Below, one piece after another: positions 53,254 through 61,970 of a stretch of 64,000 nt of DNA. Source of the DNA: Pyrinomonadaceae bacterium (GTDB lineage: Bacteria; Acidobacteriota; Blastocatellia; Pyrinomonadales; Pyrinomonadaceae); contig JBKBYA010000002.1 of NCBI GenBank assembly GCA_046313635.1, positions 1-64,000 of the forward strand. The letters are read 5' to 3'. The translations under genes were made by a program, and so were the position numbers. Each line of letters starts with the position of its first letter. Within the stretch, counting starts at the first letter, position 1. Under the pieces are notes generated by a model. The model did no database searches. It was not told the origin of the DNA and saw nothing but the letters and a program-made list of their open reading frames with translations.

Positions 53254-53352
53254 AGTGCACACACAGATAGATATTTCCGCAAAAATGCGAACTGATAGAG
53301 TATCGAAGTTGATTTTTGAGGTCAAGCGGCCGTCGGGGACGTGACTGGCACG

Positions 53353-53904
53353 CTATGACAAGGGCTCAAATATGAAGCCAAAGCGGGCTCCGGCCATGAT
53401 CAGGCCGATGATGGTCTTGGCGTCCTCGATCTCGCCATCGCGAATGAGCCGAAACGCCTCGTCGAAGCCGTACCGCTCGATCTCGAGGATCTCGTCCTCC
53501 TCGAGCCTTTGAGCCGTCTCGGCGAGGCCGGTTGCCATATAGAGATGCATTTTCTCGGTCAAAAATCCGGGCGAGACGTAAAATTCGGTCAGCTTCTCGA
53601 TCCGCTCGGCCGTTACGCCGATCTCTTCCTCGAGTTCGCGGGCCGCGCCGGCCTCAGGCGGCTCATTCTCGTTCAGCGTACCGGCCGGTATCTCCAGGAG
53701 AAACTTACCGGCCGCGTGCCGGTACTGCCGGACAAGGGCGAGCGTCCCGTCCGCAAAAACCGGCACGATCACGCAGCTGCCATGATGCGTGACGATCTCG
53801 CGCTTGTATTCAACGTCGCCCTGGCGAATTTCGGCTTCGAGCACATCAAATACTTTTCCGGAATAGATCTGTCGTGAGGCTAATACTTCAGGTTTGTCCT
53901 GCAT
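53353..53904 (-). CDS. NUDIX hydrolase (ADP-ribose pyrophosphatase-like)
   Basis: VRQYR, EIPAG, Nudix box AARELEEEIG, SPGF, IEDAKT. Confidence 0.9.
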   Translation of the reverse strand: MQDKPEVLASRQIYSGKVFDVLEAEIRQGDVEYKREIVTHHGSCVIVPVFADGTLALVRQYRHAAGKFLLEIPAGTLNENEPPEAGAARELEEEIGVTAERIEKLTEFYVSPGFLTEKMHLYMATGLAETAQRLEEDEILEIERYGFDEAFRLIRDGEIEDAKTIIGLIMAGARFGFIFEPLS

Positions 53905-53963
53905 TGGTTTACTCGTGAACGGAGAGAATAGCATTTCCGCGCGATTGATATAGAATGACCACG

Positions 53964-55286
53964 ATGACGGGAAAACGTGTCGGTTTAGGCGTCTGCGGCG
54001 GGATCGCGGCTTATAAGGCGATCGAGGTGATGCGGCTGCTGCAGAAGGCGGGCTGCGTGGTCTCGGTGGCGATGACGCGGCATGCGACCGAGTTTATTCG
54101 GCCGCTGACGTTTCGTGCATTGACCGACAGGTATGTGATCGTCGACGACTACGATCCGGAGAATCCCGATCCGATCGCGCACGTCAACTTTTCGCAGAAT
54201 ATCGATCTGCTGCTCATCGTGCCCGCGACGGCGAACATCATCGCCAAATTTGCGAACGGCATCGCGGACGACTTTTTGACGTCGACGTATCTTGCCTCGA
54301 CCGCTCCGGTGATGATCGCTCCGGCGATGAACGTCTCGATGTGGGAACATCCGGCGACGCGGCGCAATGTCGAACGGCTGCGGGCGGACGGCGTGCGGTT
54401 TGTCGAACCGGTCGATGGCGAGCTAGCGTGCAAGACGGTCGGCACGGGCAAGCTTGAGGACGTTGAGAATATTGTCGAGCAAGCGCTCGACCGAATGCGG
54501 AATGCTGAACGCGGAGTGGGGAATCCGAAATCGAGTGATGCCGCGATCTCTAAAACCTCAGGTCGTGGCTCCGATATTCCGCATTCCGAATTCCGCACTC
54601 CGCATTCTGAGGATCTTGACGGCGAAAGGGTCTTGATCACCGTCGGCGGCACGCGCGAGGCGATCGATCCGGTGCGGTTCATCTCTAATCACTCGTCGGG
54701 GAAGATGGGATTTGCGGTCGCCGAGGCAGCGGCGGCACGGGGTGCCAAGGTCACGGTCGTCGCCGGCAGCACCAGCGAGCCGGAGCCGGGCGGTGTGCGC
54801 GTCGTCCGCGTCACGACGGCTGCCGAGATGTTTGACGCAGTGATGGCCGAGCTGCCGGACGCGACAGTTTTTGTCGGAGCGGCGGCCGTTGCGGATTACG
54901 CGCCGGCGACGGCTGCGGCGGGCAAGATCAAAAAGGACGGCCGCGACACGATGACGATCGAACTCAAAAAGACCCCGGACATTCTCGCCGAGGTCGCACG
55001 CCGCCGCCGCGAAGGGCAGATCGTCGTCGGCTTTGCGGCAGAGACAAGCAACGTCTTGGCCTATGCCCGTTCGAAGATGGAGAGGAAGGGACTCGACATC
55101 GTTGTCGCTAACGACATCACGCGAGAAGGTGCGGGCTTCAATACCGAAACGAACATCGCGACGATCCTGGTTCGCGGCTCGGAGGACGAGACCGAACTGC
55201 CATTGATGACCAAACGCGAGCTCGCCGACCGCATTCTCGACCGTGTCGTCGAGATGCGCGGCGCGGTGACATCGTCGCGACCTTAG
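53964..55286 (+). CDS. coaBC: Bifunctional phosphopantothenoylcysteine decarboxylase/ligase
   Basis: GGIAAYKA, PATAN, APAMN, GELAC, IDPVRFISNHSSGKMG, AAVADY, VGFAAET; alternative start 53955. Confidence 0.96.
   Translation: MTGKRVGLGVCGGIAAYKAIEVMRLLQKAGCVVSVAMTRHATEFIRPLTFRALTDRYVIVDDYDPENPDPIAHVNFSQNIDLLLIVPATANIIAKFANGIADDFLTSTYLASTAPVMIAPAMNVSMWEHPATRRNVERLRADGVRFVEPVDGELACKTVGTGKLEDVENIVEQALDRMRNAERGVGNPKSSDAAISKTSGRGSDIPHSEFRTPHSEDLDGERVLITVGGTREAIDPVRFISNHSSGKMGFAVAEAAAARGAKVTVVAGSTSEPEPGGVRVVRVTTAAEMFDAVMAELPDATVFVGAAAVADYAPATAAAGKIKKDGRDTMTIELKKTPDILAEVARRRREGQIVVGFAAETSNVLAYARSKMERKGLDIVVANDITREGAGFNTETNIATILVRGSEDETELPLMTKRELADRILDRVVEMRGAVTSSRP
54493..54607. repeat. In-frame inverted heptamer-repeat element (GAATGCG / CGCATTC) in the coaBC interdomain linker
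   Basis: GAATGCG GAATGCT GAACGCG GAGTGGG ... CGCATTC CGAATTC CGCACTC CGCATTC. Confidence 0.85.
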
Positions 55287-55531
55287 CGGCTCACCTTGCT
55301 GTTGTCCCAAAAATCGGGTTTGCGTGTCGGGATCGGACTATTCCTGAGTTTCTCGATCTGTTCTGCCCGGAGGCGAAGTTCCTCTTCGCGCTTTTGCCGG
55401 CGGGCCTCGCCCGTGAGCGGCGGAGTGCCGCGGTCGCCCCAATAGTATTTGACCGTGATGAAGATCAGCGTCGCGGAACCTATAATCGTCAGTAAGATCA
55501 CAAGCGTGATCAGCCATGCGAGGCTCGACAT
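55283..55531 (-). CDS. Small single-TM membrane protein, 82 aa
   Basis: Hydrophobic N-terminal helix followed by a charged tail; TATCAT lies 6 nt before the ATG. Confidence 0.65.
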   Translation of the reverse strand: MSSLAWLITLVILLTIIGSATLIFITVKYYWGDRGTPPLTGEARRQKREEELRLRAEQIEKLRNSPIPTRKPDFWDNSKVSR

Positions 55532-55596
55532 GATTCAATGATAGCGTTCGCGTCGGTCTTCATCCAATCGGGCCACGTTCGCGCAGATCGGTTTTA

Positions 55597-56604
55597 ATGG
55601 ACACAAGATCGGCAATTCACGAGATAGCTGTAGACCTGCAAGAGCACCTGCTCTATCTGCAGGAACTCGGAGCTTCGGAAATGGCGGACGTGCTGCCCGA
55701 ACGGTTGGCCGCCGTCGAGCAAGAGCCGCGACAGGTGCCGCAGCGAATGCGTGCAGAGACCGCGCCGGCGCCGGTCGTTGTCGAAGCGGAGCGATTCGTC
55801 CCGCCGCCGGACATCGCCGCGATCACGCCGCCGGCGACGTCGCTGCCCGAGACCCCGCGTCCCGCGGCCGGCCGGTCGCGTCTTAACGAGCTGCCGTCGC
55901 TGTCCGCCCGAAGCACAATGCCAAAGAGAAGCCCCGCAAACTCTACGTCACCGCCGCAAAACGTTCAGCCGCCGGTCGTTTCGGCCGTGGTCGAGCAACC
56001 AGACACTGAAGGCTCGCTCTTTGGCGCGGCGGCCGGGCTGCCCGAGTCGTCGGAGACGCTCGAGCAGATCCGCGCCGACATCGGCGACTGCACACGCTGC
56101 CCGCTGTATTCCGGACGAACTCAGATCGTGCACAGCACCGGCAATACGACTGCGGATCTGATGTTCGTCGGCGAGGCACCGGGTGCCGACGAGGACGCGC
56201 AGGGCTTTCCCTTCGTCGGCCGCGCGGGCCAGCTTCTCACCAAGATCATCGAGAGCATCGGCTTTGCACGCGAGGACGTTTTTATCGGCAACATCAATCG
56301 CTGCCGCCCGCCCGGCAACCGAGCTCCGACTCTGCCCGAGGCTCACACGTGCCGGCCATTCCTTCAGCGCGAGATCGCCGTTGTCAGGCCGAAGGTCATC
56401 GTCGTGCTCGGCAACACGGCCATGCACAATCTGCTCGATACAAAGGTCGGGATCACAAAGCTTCGCGGCGAATTTCAGGACTACATGGGCATCAAGGTGA
56501 TGCCGACATTCCATCCGGCATTCCTCCTGCGCGACCCGCGCAAGAAGCGTGAGGTCTGGGAAGATATGAAGAAAGTTCGCGACTACTTAAAAGAGAACGC
56601 CTGA
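55597..56604 (+). CDS. Uracil-DNA glycosylase family 4 (4Fe-4S) with a long Pro-rich N-terminal extension
   Basis: CTRCPL, GEAPGADE, PFVGRAG, RCRPPGNR, CRPFL, TFHPA. Confidence 0.92.
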   Translation: MDTRSAIHEIAVDLQEHLLYLQELGASEMADVLPERLAAVEQEPRQVPQRMRAETAPAPVVVEAERFVPPPDIAAITPPATSLPETPRPAAGRSRLNELPSLSARSTMPKRSPANSTSPPQNVQPPVVSAVVEQPDTEGSLFGAAAGLPESSETLEQIRADIGDCTRCPLYSGRTQIVHSTGNTTADLMFVGEAPGADEDAQGFPFVGRAGQLLTKIIESIGFAREDVFIGNINRCRPPGNRAPTLPEAHTCRPFLQREIAVVRPKVIVVLGNTAMHNLLDTKVGITKLRGEFQDYMGIKVMPTFHPAFLLRDPRKKREVWEDMKKVRDYLKENA

Positions 56605-56633
56605 CGGCGGCGTAACGACATGGGGGAGAATTT

Positions 56634-57221
56634 ATGCAGGCCGGTCTATTCGCAGCGGGTGCGGGTGGTCCTTCGGGAGAGACGATCGCATCGATCGAGG
56701 ACGACATTCGGCAAAGGATCGCTCCGCTCTTTCCGGGCCGCGCTTTTGTTTTCGGCCTCGGCCCGCAGGATGCTGCGGTCGTCGCCGTGGGCGAATCGCC
56801 GGGGCCGCCCGACCTCGCGACGGGCCAGCCCTTCACCGGTCCCGCCGGCGACCTGCTCAAGCGCATTCTCGCGTCGATCGGCCTTGGTCGATCGGACTGC
56901 TATCTAACAAACGTCGTCAAATTCATCTCTCAAGGCGACGAACTAACGCCGGAAACCATCGATCTGTTCACGCCGTTCCTCCGGCGCGAGATCGCCGCTA
57001 TATCGCCCGAGGTCGTCCTGCTGCTCGGGTCGACGCCGACCAGAGCGCTTCTCAACACAAAACAGCCGATCTCAAAGGCCCGCGGCGAATTCACCATCAT
57101 CGACGGCATCGCCTATATGCCGACATTCAACCCCGCCTATTTGCTGCGCGATCCGACAAAGAAAAAAGAAGTCTGGGACGACATCAAAAAGGTGCGCGAG
57201 TTTCTGTCGCGGCTCGGCTGA
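56634..57221 (+). CDS. Divergent family-4 UDG-like protein lacking the Fe-S cysteines
   Basis: GESPGPPD, PFTGPAG, TNVVKF, TFNPAYLLRDP; C-terminus closely resembles the upstream gene. Confidence 0.8.
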   Translation: MQAGLFAAGAGGPSGETIASIEDDIRQRIAPLFPGRAFVFGLGPQDAAVVAVGESPGPPDLATGQPFTGPAGDLLKRILASIGLGRSDCYLTNVVKFISQGDELTPETIDLFTPFLRREIAAISPEVVLLLGSTPTRALLNTKQPISKARGEFTIIDGIAYMPTFNPAYLLRDPTKKKEVWDDIKKVREFLSRLG

Positions 57222-57335
57222 ATCTATCGGCCCGCCCGTGTCGAAACAATCTGCCGGAGGGAATCTGCGCTCGCCTTTTGATCGCAGGCAGACAGACCGG
57301 CAGGTCGATCTGTGCGACCGTTAGACCCCGGCATC

Positions 57336-58223
57336 ATGAATATCGCCCCCGACAGCAATGATCAGTTCCTGATGGAGGGCATCGCCGCGTGCCGCGAGAT
57401 CACCCGCCGTTACGGCACGAGCTACTACTTTGCGACGCAGTTCTTTCCGCCCGAGGTCCGCAGCGGGGTGTATGCCGTTTACGCATTCGCACGCATTCCC
57501 GACGAGATCGTCGACGACCCGGACGCGACGGACCGGCAGGACGTTCTCAGGCGGCTCAACGAATGGCGCGACCGCTGGCTCGAGGCGATGGAGCTAGGCA
57601 GGAGCGACGACCCGGTGCTGAACGCGATCGTCGTGATGTTTAGGAAATACGGCATCCCGGTCTCGGACGGCGAGGCATTTTTGCGGTCGATGTTTCTCGA
57701 TCAGGAAAAGTCTCGTTACCGCGACTTTTCGGAGCTCGAAGATTATATGTACGGCTCGGCCGGCGTGATCGGACTAATGGTCACGCGCATCGTCGGCTGC
57801 TCCAGCGAGGAGGCGTTTCCATTCGCAGTAAAGCTCGGTTACGCATTTCAGCTCACCAACTTTTTGCGCGACATTCGTGAGGACTACGAGGACCTCGGCC
57901 GGATCTATATGCCGCAGGACGAGATGGACCGTTTCGGCTTGTGCGAGAGCGACATCGCGTCGCGGCTGCACGATGAGCGGTTCGTCGAATTTATGAATTT
58001 TCAGATCGCGCGCAACCGCGAGATCTACCGCGAGGCGCTGCCGGGAATAAAGCTGCTCCACTGGCGCGGCCGGCTCGCGGTGCGGATCTCGTACGTTTTG
58101 TACAAGGCCATCCTCCGCGAGATCGAACGGGCGAACTACAATGTCTACGCCGGCCGCGTCCGCACGAGCTTTGGGCAAAAGGTGTGGCTCTCGCTCAAGG
58201 CCGTCGGCGGCGTTTATGAGTAA
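57336..58223 (+). CDS. crtB: Phytoene synthase
   Basis: SYYFAT, VYAFARIPDEIVDD, YMYGSAGVIG, AFQLTNFLRDIRED, GRIYMP. Confidence 0.92.
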   Translation: MNIAPDSNDQFLMEGIAACREITRRYGTSYYFATQFFPPEVRSGVYAVYAFARIPDEIVDDPDATDRQDVLRRLNEWRDRWLEAMELGRSDDPVLNAIVVMFRKYGIPVSDGEAFLRSMFLDQEKSRYRDFSELEDYMYGSAGVIGLMVTRIVGCSSEEAFPFAVKLGYAFQLTNFLRDIREDYEDLGRIYMPQDEMDRFGLCESDIASRLHDERFVEFMNFQIARNREIYREALPGIKLLHWRGRLAVRISYVLYKAILREIERANYNVYAGRVRTSFGQKVWLSLKAVGGVYE

Positions 58224-59715
58224 AAAGGTTGTCATCATCGGCGGAGGGATCGGCGGTCTTGGTGCCGCCTGCCTTTTTGCGCGCAAGGGCTACGGCGTCA
58301 CGCTTGTCGAAAAGAACGAGCACCTCGGCGGCCGAGCGAACATATTCGACGCCGACGGCTTCCGTTTCGACATGGGGCCGTCATGGTATCTCGCGCCCGA
58401 CATCTTTGAGCATTTCTTTAAGCTCGTCGGCGAGCGTGTCGAGGACCATCTCGATCTCGTCAGGCTCTCACCGTCGTATCGCATCTTTTTCAGAAGCGGC
58501 GAGCGGCTCGACATCCAAAGCGATATCGAGAAAGACGCGGCGACATTCGAAGCGATCGAGCCCGGGGCGGGCGACAAGCTGCGGGCTTACCTCAAGCAAT
58601 CCGAGTATCAGTACGGCGTCGCGACCGAACATTTCATGTTCAAGAACTACGACACGATCTTCGACTTTTTGAATCGCCGGGTGATGACCGAGGGGCAAAA
58701 GCTCTCGGTCTTTTCGACGATGCACAAGTTCGTGTCAAAGTTTTTCCGTTCGCCCGAGCTGCGTCAGGTGATGGAGTACACGATGGTCTTTCTCGGCACC
58801 TCGCCGTACGAGGCGCCGGCACTCTACAACCTGATGTCGCACATGGATTTTAACCAAGGAGTGTTTTACCCGCGGGGCGGCTTTTACGAGCTGATCAAGG
58901 CGCTCGCCGCGATCGCCGAAAAGAACGGGGCCGCACTGCGGACAAGTTCTCCGGCCGTGCAGATCGTAGTTCGCGACGGCAAGGCCGCCGGCGCGCGGCT
59001 CGAGTCGGGCGAGCAACTCGACGCCGACATCGTGATCTCTAACGCGGATCTCTGGTTCACCGAGACTCGCCTGCTCGCGGGCGGCTCGACGTCGCTCGGC
59101 GAACGCTACTGGAAAAAGCGTGTCATGGCGCCGTCGGCATTCATCCTTTATCTCGGCGTCAGCGAAAAGCTGCCGAATCTGGTTCACCACAACCTGCTTT
59201 TTTCCGAGGACTGGCGAAAGAATTTCGACGACATCTACAGGCATCCGCAGCTGCCGCACGAGCCCTCGCTCTACGTCTGCGCGCCGAGCGTGACCGACGA
59301 CACCGTCGCTCCCGAGGGAAAGGAAAATCTGTTTGTCCTTGTGCCCATCGCCTCGGGCCTCGAGATCTCGGACGACGAAAAAGAGAAGTATGCCGACCGC
59401 GTGCTTGCGCTGATGGAGAGAGAAATGGGTTTGCCCGGCCTGCGCGGCAAGATCGAGTGTCGCCGCGTCTATACGGTCGAAGATTTTTTTCGCGACTACA
59501 ACAGCTTTCGCGGCTCGGCACTCGGGCTCGCGCACACGCTGCGGCAGACGGCGATATTCAGACCGAAGAATTATTCAAAAAAGGTCCGCGATCTATACTA
59601 CGTCGGTGCCGGGACCAATCCCGGCATCGGCACGCAGATCTGTCTGATCAGCGCCGAGCTTGCGTACAAGCGCGTTCACGGCATAAGGTCGGCCGGGCCG
59701 CTCGATCGGCTCTAG
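58216..59715 (+). CDS. crtI: Phytoene desaturase family protein (CrtI/CrtD)
   Basis: IIGGGIGG, LGGRA, FRFDMGPSWY, SALGLAHTLRQTAIFRP, YYVGAGTNPGIG. Confidence 0.88.
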   Translation: MSKKVVIIGGGIGGLGAACLFARKGYGVTLVEKNEHLGGRANIFDADGFRFDMGPSWYLAPDIFEHFFKLVGERVEDHLDLVRLSPSYRIFFRSGERLDIQSDIEKDAATFEAIEPGAGDKLRAYLKQSEYQYGVATEHFMFKNYDTIFDFLNRRVMTEGQKLSVFSTMHKFVSKFFRSPELRQVMEYTMVFLGTSPYEAPALYNLMSHMDFNQGVFYPRGGFYELIKALAAIAEKNGAALRTSSPAVQIVVRDGKAAGARLESGEQLDADIVISNADLWFTETRLLAGGSTSLGERYWKKRVMAPSAFILYLGVSEKLPNLVHHNLLFSEDWRKNFDDIYRHPQLPHEPSLYVCAPSVTDDTVAPEGKENLFVLVPIASGLEISDDEKEKYADRVLALMEREMGLPGLRGKIECRRVYTVEDFFRDYNSFRGSALGLAHTLRQTAIFRPKNYSKKVRDLYYVGAGTNPGIGTQICLISAELAYKRVHGIRSAGPLDRL

Positions 59716-60560
59716 AAATGCCGCGTCAACGCCACGTAGCAAAAGATCGCAAAGCCGCACAGGGTGTTGACCAAAGGGAAAATGCGATAGATCGGAAAGA
59801 GTCCGCTGCGGCGGCGGCCGACGGCGAGCGAGATCAGCATCAGCGTCGTGTACACGACGCCGAGCGAGACGCCGAGTGCCGGCTCCTCGGTCATGATCAG
59901 CAGTGCGGCCGCGAGATATGCGACGAGACAAAACACGACCGTGCTCGTCGAGCCTAGAAAGGTCGCGATCGTCCTGACGCCGGCACGATGATCGGCATCG
60001 ATATCCGGCACGGCCGAGTAAGCGTGCATCGCCATCGTCCAAAACCATCCGGCGACGACGACAACGAGCGGCGGAAAGGTGCCGGCCGTGATCTGATAGG
60101 CGAAGACGCCCGGCAAGACATACAGACCGTTGAAAGCAGAATCGAGTATCGGGATGCCCTTGGCCCTGGCCGGCGGCGCCGAATAAAAGATCGAGAGAAG
60201 CAAAAAGGCGACGAGCGTGAGAAAGGACGCAAGCGATGTGAACATTGCCGCGACGACGAACGGGACGGTCACGACGGCTATCGCGGCTGCGAGCACCAAA
60301 CGCTTGTCGGGCGTGACGAGCAGCTCGTACCCGGCCTTCTTCTCGTTCAGGACGTCGGTCTCAAAATCGAATATGTCGTTGATCCCGTAAACGAGCAGAT
60401 TTGCCGGAAAGAGAAAATAGAGGCCAAAGATGATCGCGGTCGCCGTCGTGAGCTCCGCGATCGAGTCGGCCCCGGCGACGAGCCCGATCAGGTACGGTCC
60501 AAATAGATAGATCCAAAATCTCGGCCTGCTGACTTTGAAGAAGAATCGTGGATTGGGCAC
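59712..60560 (-). CDS. UbiA-family prenyltransferase, LyeJ/CrtEb-like lycopene elongase
   Basis: SRPRFWIY, PANLLVYGINDIFD, YSAPP.R.K, MAMHAYSAVPDI.AD; located in a carotenoid cluster. Confidence 0.8.
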   Translation of the reverse strand: MPNPRFFFKVSRPRFWIYLFGPYLIGLVAGADSIAELTTATAIIFGLYFLFPANLLVYGINDIFDFETDVLNEKKAGYELLVTPDKRLVLAAAIAVVTVPFVVAAMFTSLASFLTLVAFLLLSIFYSAPPARAKGIPILDSAFNGLYVLPGVFAYQITAGTFPPLVVVVAGWFWTMAMHAYSAVPDIDADHRAGVRTIATFLGSTSTVVFCLVAYLAAALLIMTEEPALGVSLGVVYTTLMLISLAVGRRRSGLFPIYRIFPLVNTLCGFAIFCYVALTRHF

Positions 60561-60586
60561 GGCGGGATTATAGCTCAGAAATAGAA

Positions 60587-61909
60587 ATGTTTACCTTGCG
60601 CCAGGCTTCGGTACTACTGGGACTCGCGGTCCTGCTCGCGACGGGCGCCTTTTTTGTGACGAATGTCGAGCTGCCGCCCTGGGCGTCGTGGCTGTCGGCG
60701 GCGAGCGTTCTGCTCTTTGCGCTGCCGAGCTTCTACGCTCTCGCGATGTGGCTCGGATGGCGGCGGGCGGCGATCGCTGCTGGCGGTCTCGGGCTTTTCG
60801 CTCTCGCGGTCGAATTGTCGGCGATCGTGACCGGCTTCCCGTACGGGCACTTCGGATATTCGCATCTGCTCGGTGGTCGAATATTCGACCTTGTGCCATG
60901 GACGGTCGCCTTTGCGTGGACGCCGCTCGTTCTCGGCAGCTATGCGGTCGCGGCACGCCTGACAGCGGGCCGCGCCGGCCGTATCACTCTCGGCGCGGCG
61001 CTGCTTGTGGCGGTCGACCTCGTTCTCGATCCGGCGGCGGTGCGGCTCGGCTTTTGGCGATACGCGGAGCCGGGCGTCTACTACGGCGTTCCGTTCTCGA
61101 ACTTTTCCGGCTGGCTGTTGTCGGGTCTCGCCGGCGTGGCGCTGCTCGACGCCCTCGTCGCGCGCTTTCGACCGCTGATGCCGGCGCCTGCGCAGCTTGC
61201 GGGGAGCTTGGTCTTGATCGTCTTTTATTGGACCGCGGTCGCGCTTTTTGCGGGTCTTGCCGTGCCGGCCGCGATCGGCGCGATACTGCTCGCCGGACTC
61301 GTGACGCGATACCTGAGATCGTACTTCGCGTTTGAGGACATGGTCGTGCTTGCCGACGACGAAGGCCGAGAGATCGGCACGGCCAACAAGTACGCTATCC
61401 ACGATTCGCAGACGCCGCTGCACAAGGCCTTCTCGGTCTTTTTGCTCAACTCTCGCGGCGAGCTTCTGCTTCAGCAGCGGGCATATTCCAAGCGTACTTG
61501 GCCGGGCGTCTGGTCCAACTCGTGCTGCGGGCACCCGATGCTTTACGAATCTGCAAAGCGGGCAGCGCGTCGACGGCTGAGGACCGAACTCGGCATCAGG
61601 TCGGCCGAGCTTCATCTGGTGCTTCCGGACTACCGCTACCGGGCCGAAAAGGACGGCATCGTCGAGAATGAGCTGTGCCCGGTATTCGTCGCGTTCTCGG
61701 ATGACGTTCCGAGCCTCAACTCTTCAGAGGTCGCCGCGGTGAGATGGATCGATTGGAACGAGGCCTACGATCTGATCCGAGACCCGGCGAACGGTTTCTC
61801 GCCGTGGGCCGTCGAAGAGATCGCGCTGCTGCTCGACAGCGACGAATGCACGCGGATCATCGGCGATAAATTGCCATCGCATGACGCCGGCGTTCGAGCG
61901 GCCGCGTGA
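60587..61909 (+). CDS. Fusion of CruF-like carotenoid 1,2-hydratase and type 1 isopentenyl-diphosphate isomerase
   Basis: N half: TGFPYGHFGY, DLVLDP, YYGVPFSNFSGW. C half: LHKAFSVF, LLLQQRA..K.TWPGVWSNSCCGHP, ENELCPVF, SPW. Confidence 0.85.
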   Translation: MFTLRQASVLLGLAVLLATGAFFVTNVELPPWASWLSAASVLLFALPSFYALAMWLGWRRAAIAAGGLGLFALAVELSAIVTGFPYGHFGYSHLLGGRIFDLVPWTVAFAWTPLVLGSYAVAARLTAGRAGRITLGAALLVAVDLVLDPAAVRLGFWRYAEPGVYYGVPFSNFSGWLLSGLAGVALLDALVARFRPLMPAPAQLAGSLVLIVFYWTAVALFAGLAVPAAIGAILLAGLVTRYLRSYFAFEDMVVLADDEGREIGTANKYAIHDSQTPLHKAFSVFLLNSRGELLLQQRAYSKRTWPGVWSNSCCGHPMLYESAKRAARRRLRTELGIRSAELHLVLPDYRYRAEKDGIVENELCPVFVAFSDDVPSLNSSEVAAVRWIDWNEAYDLIRDPANGFSPWAVEEIALLLDSDECTRIIGDKLPSHDAGVRAAA

Positions 61910-61970
61910 CGCCGGGCCGCGGGCGCCGTGTGCTAAGCTACACAAAAAATTCGTTGCCCGAACACAAAGT

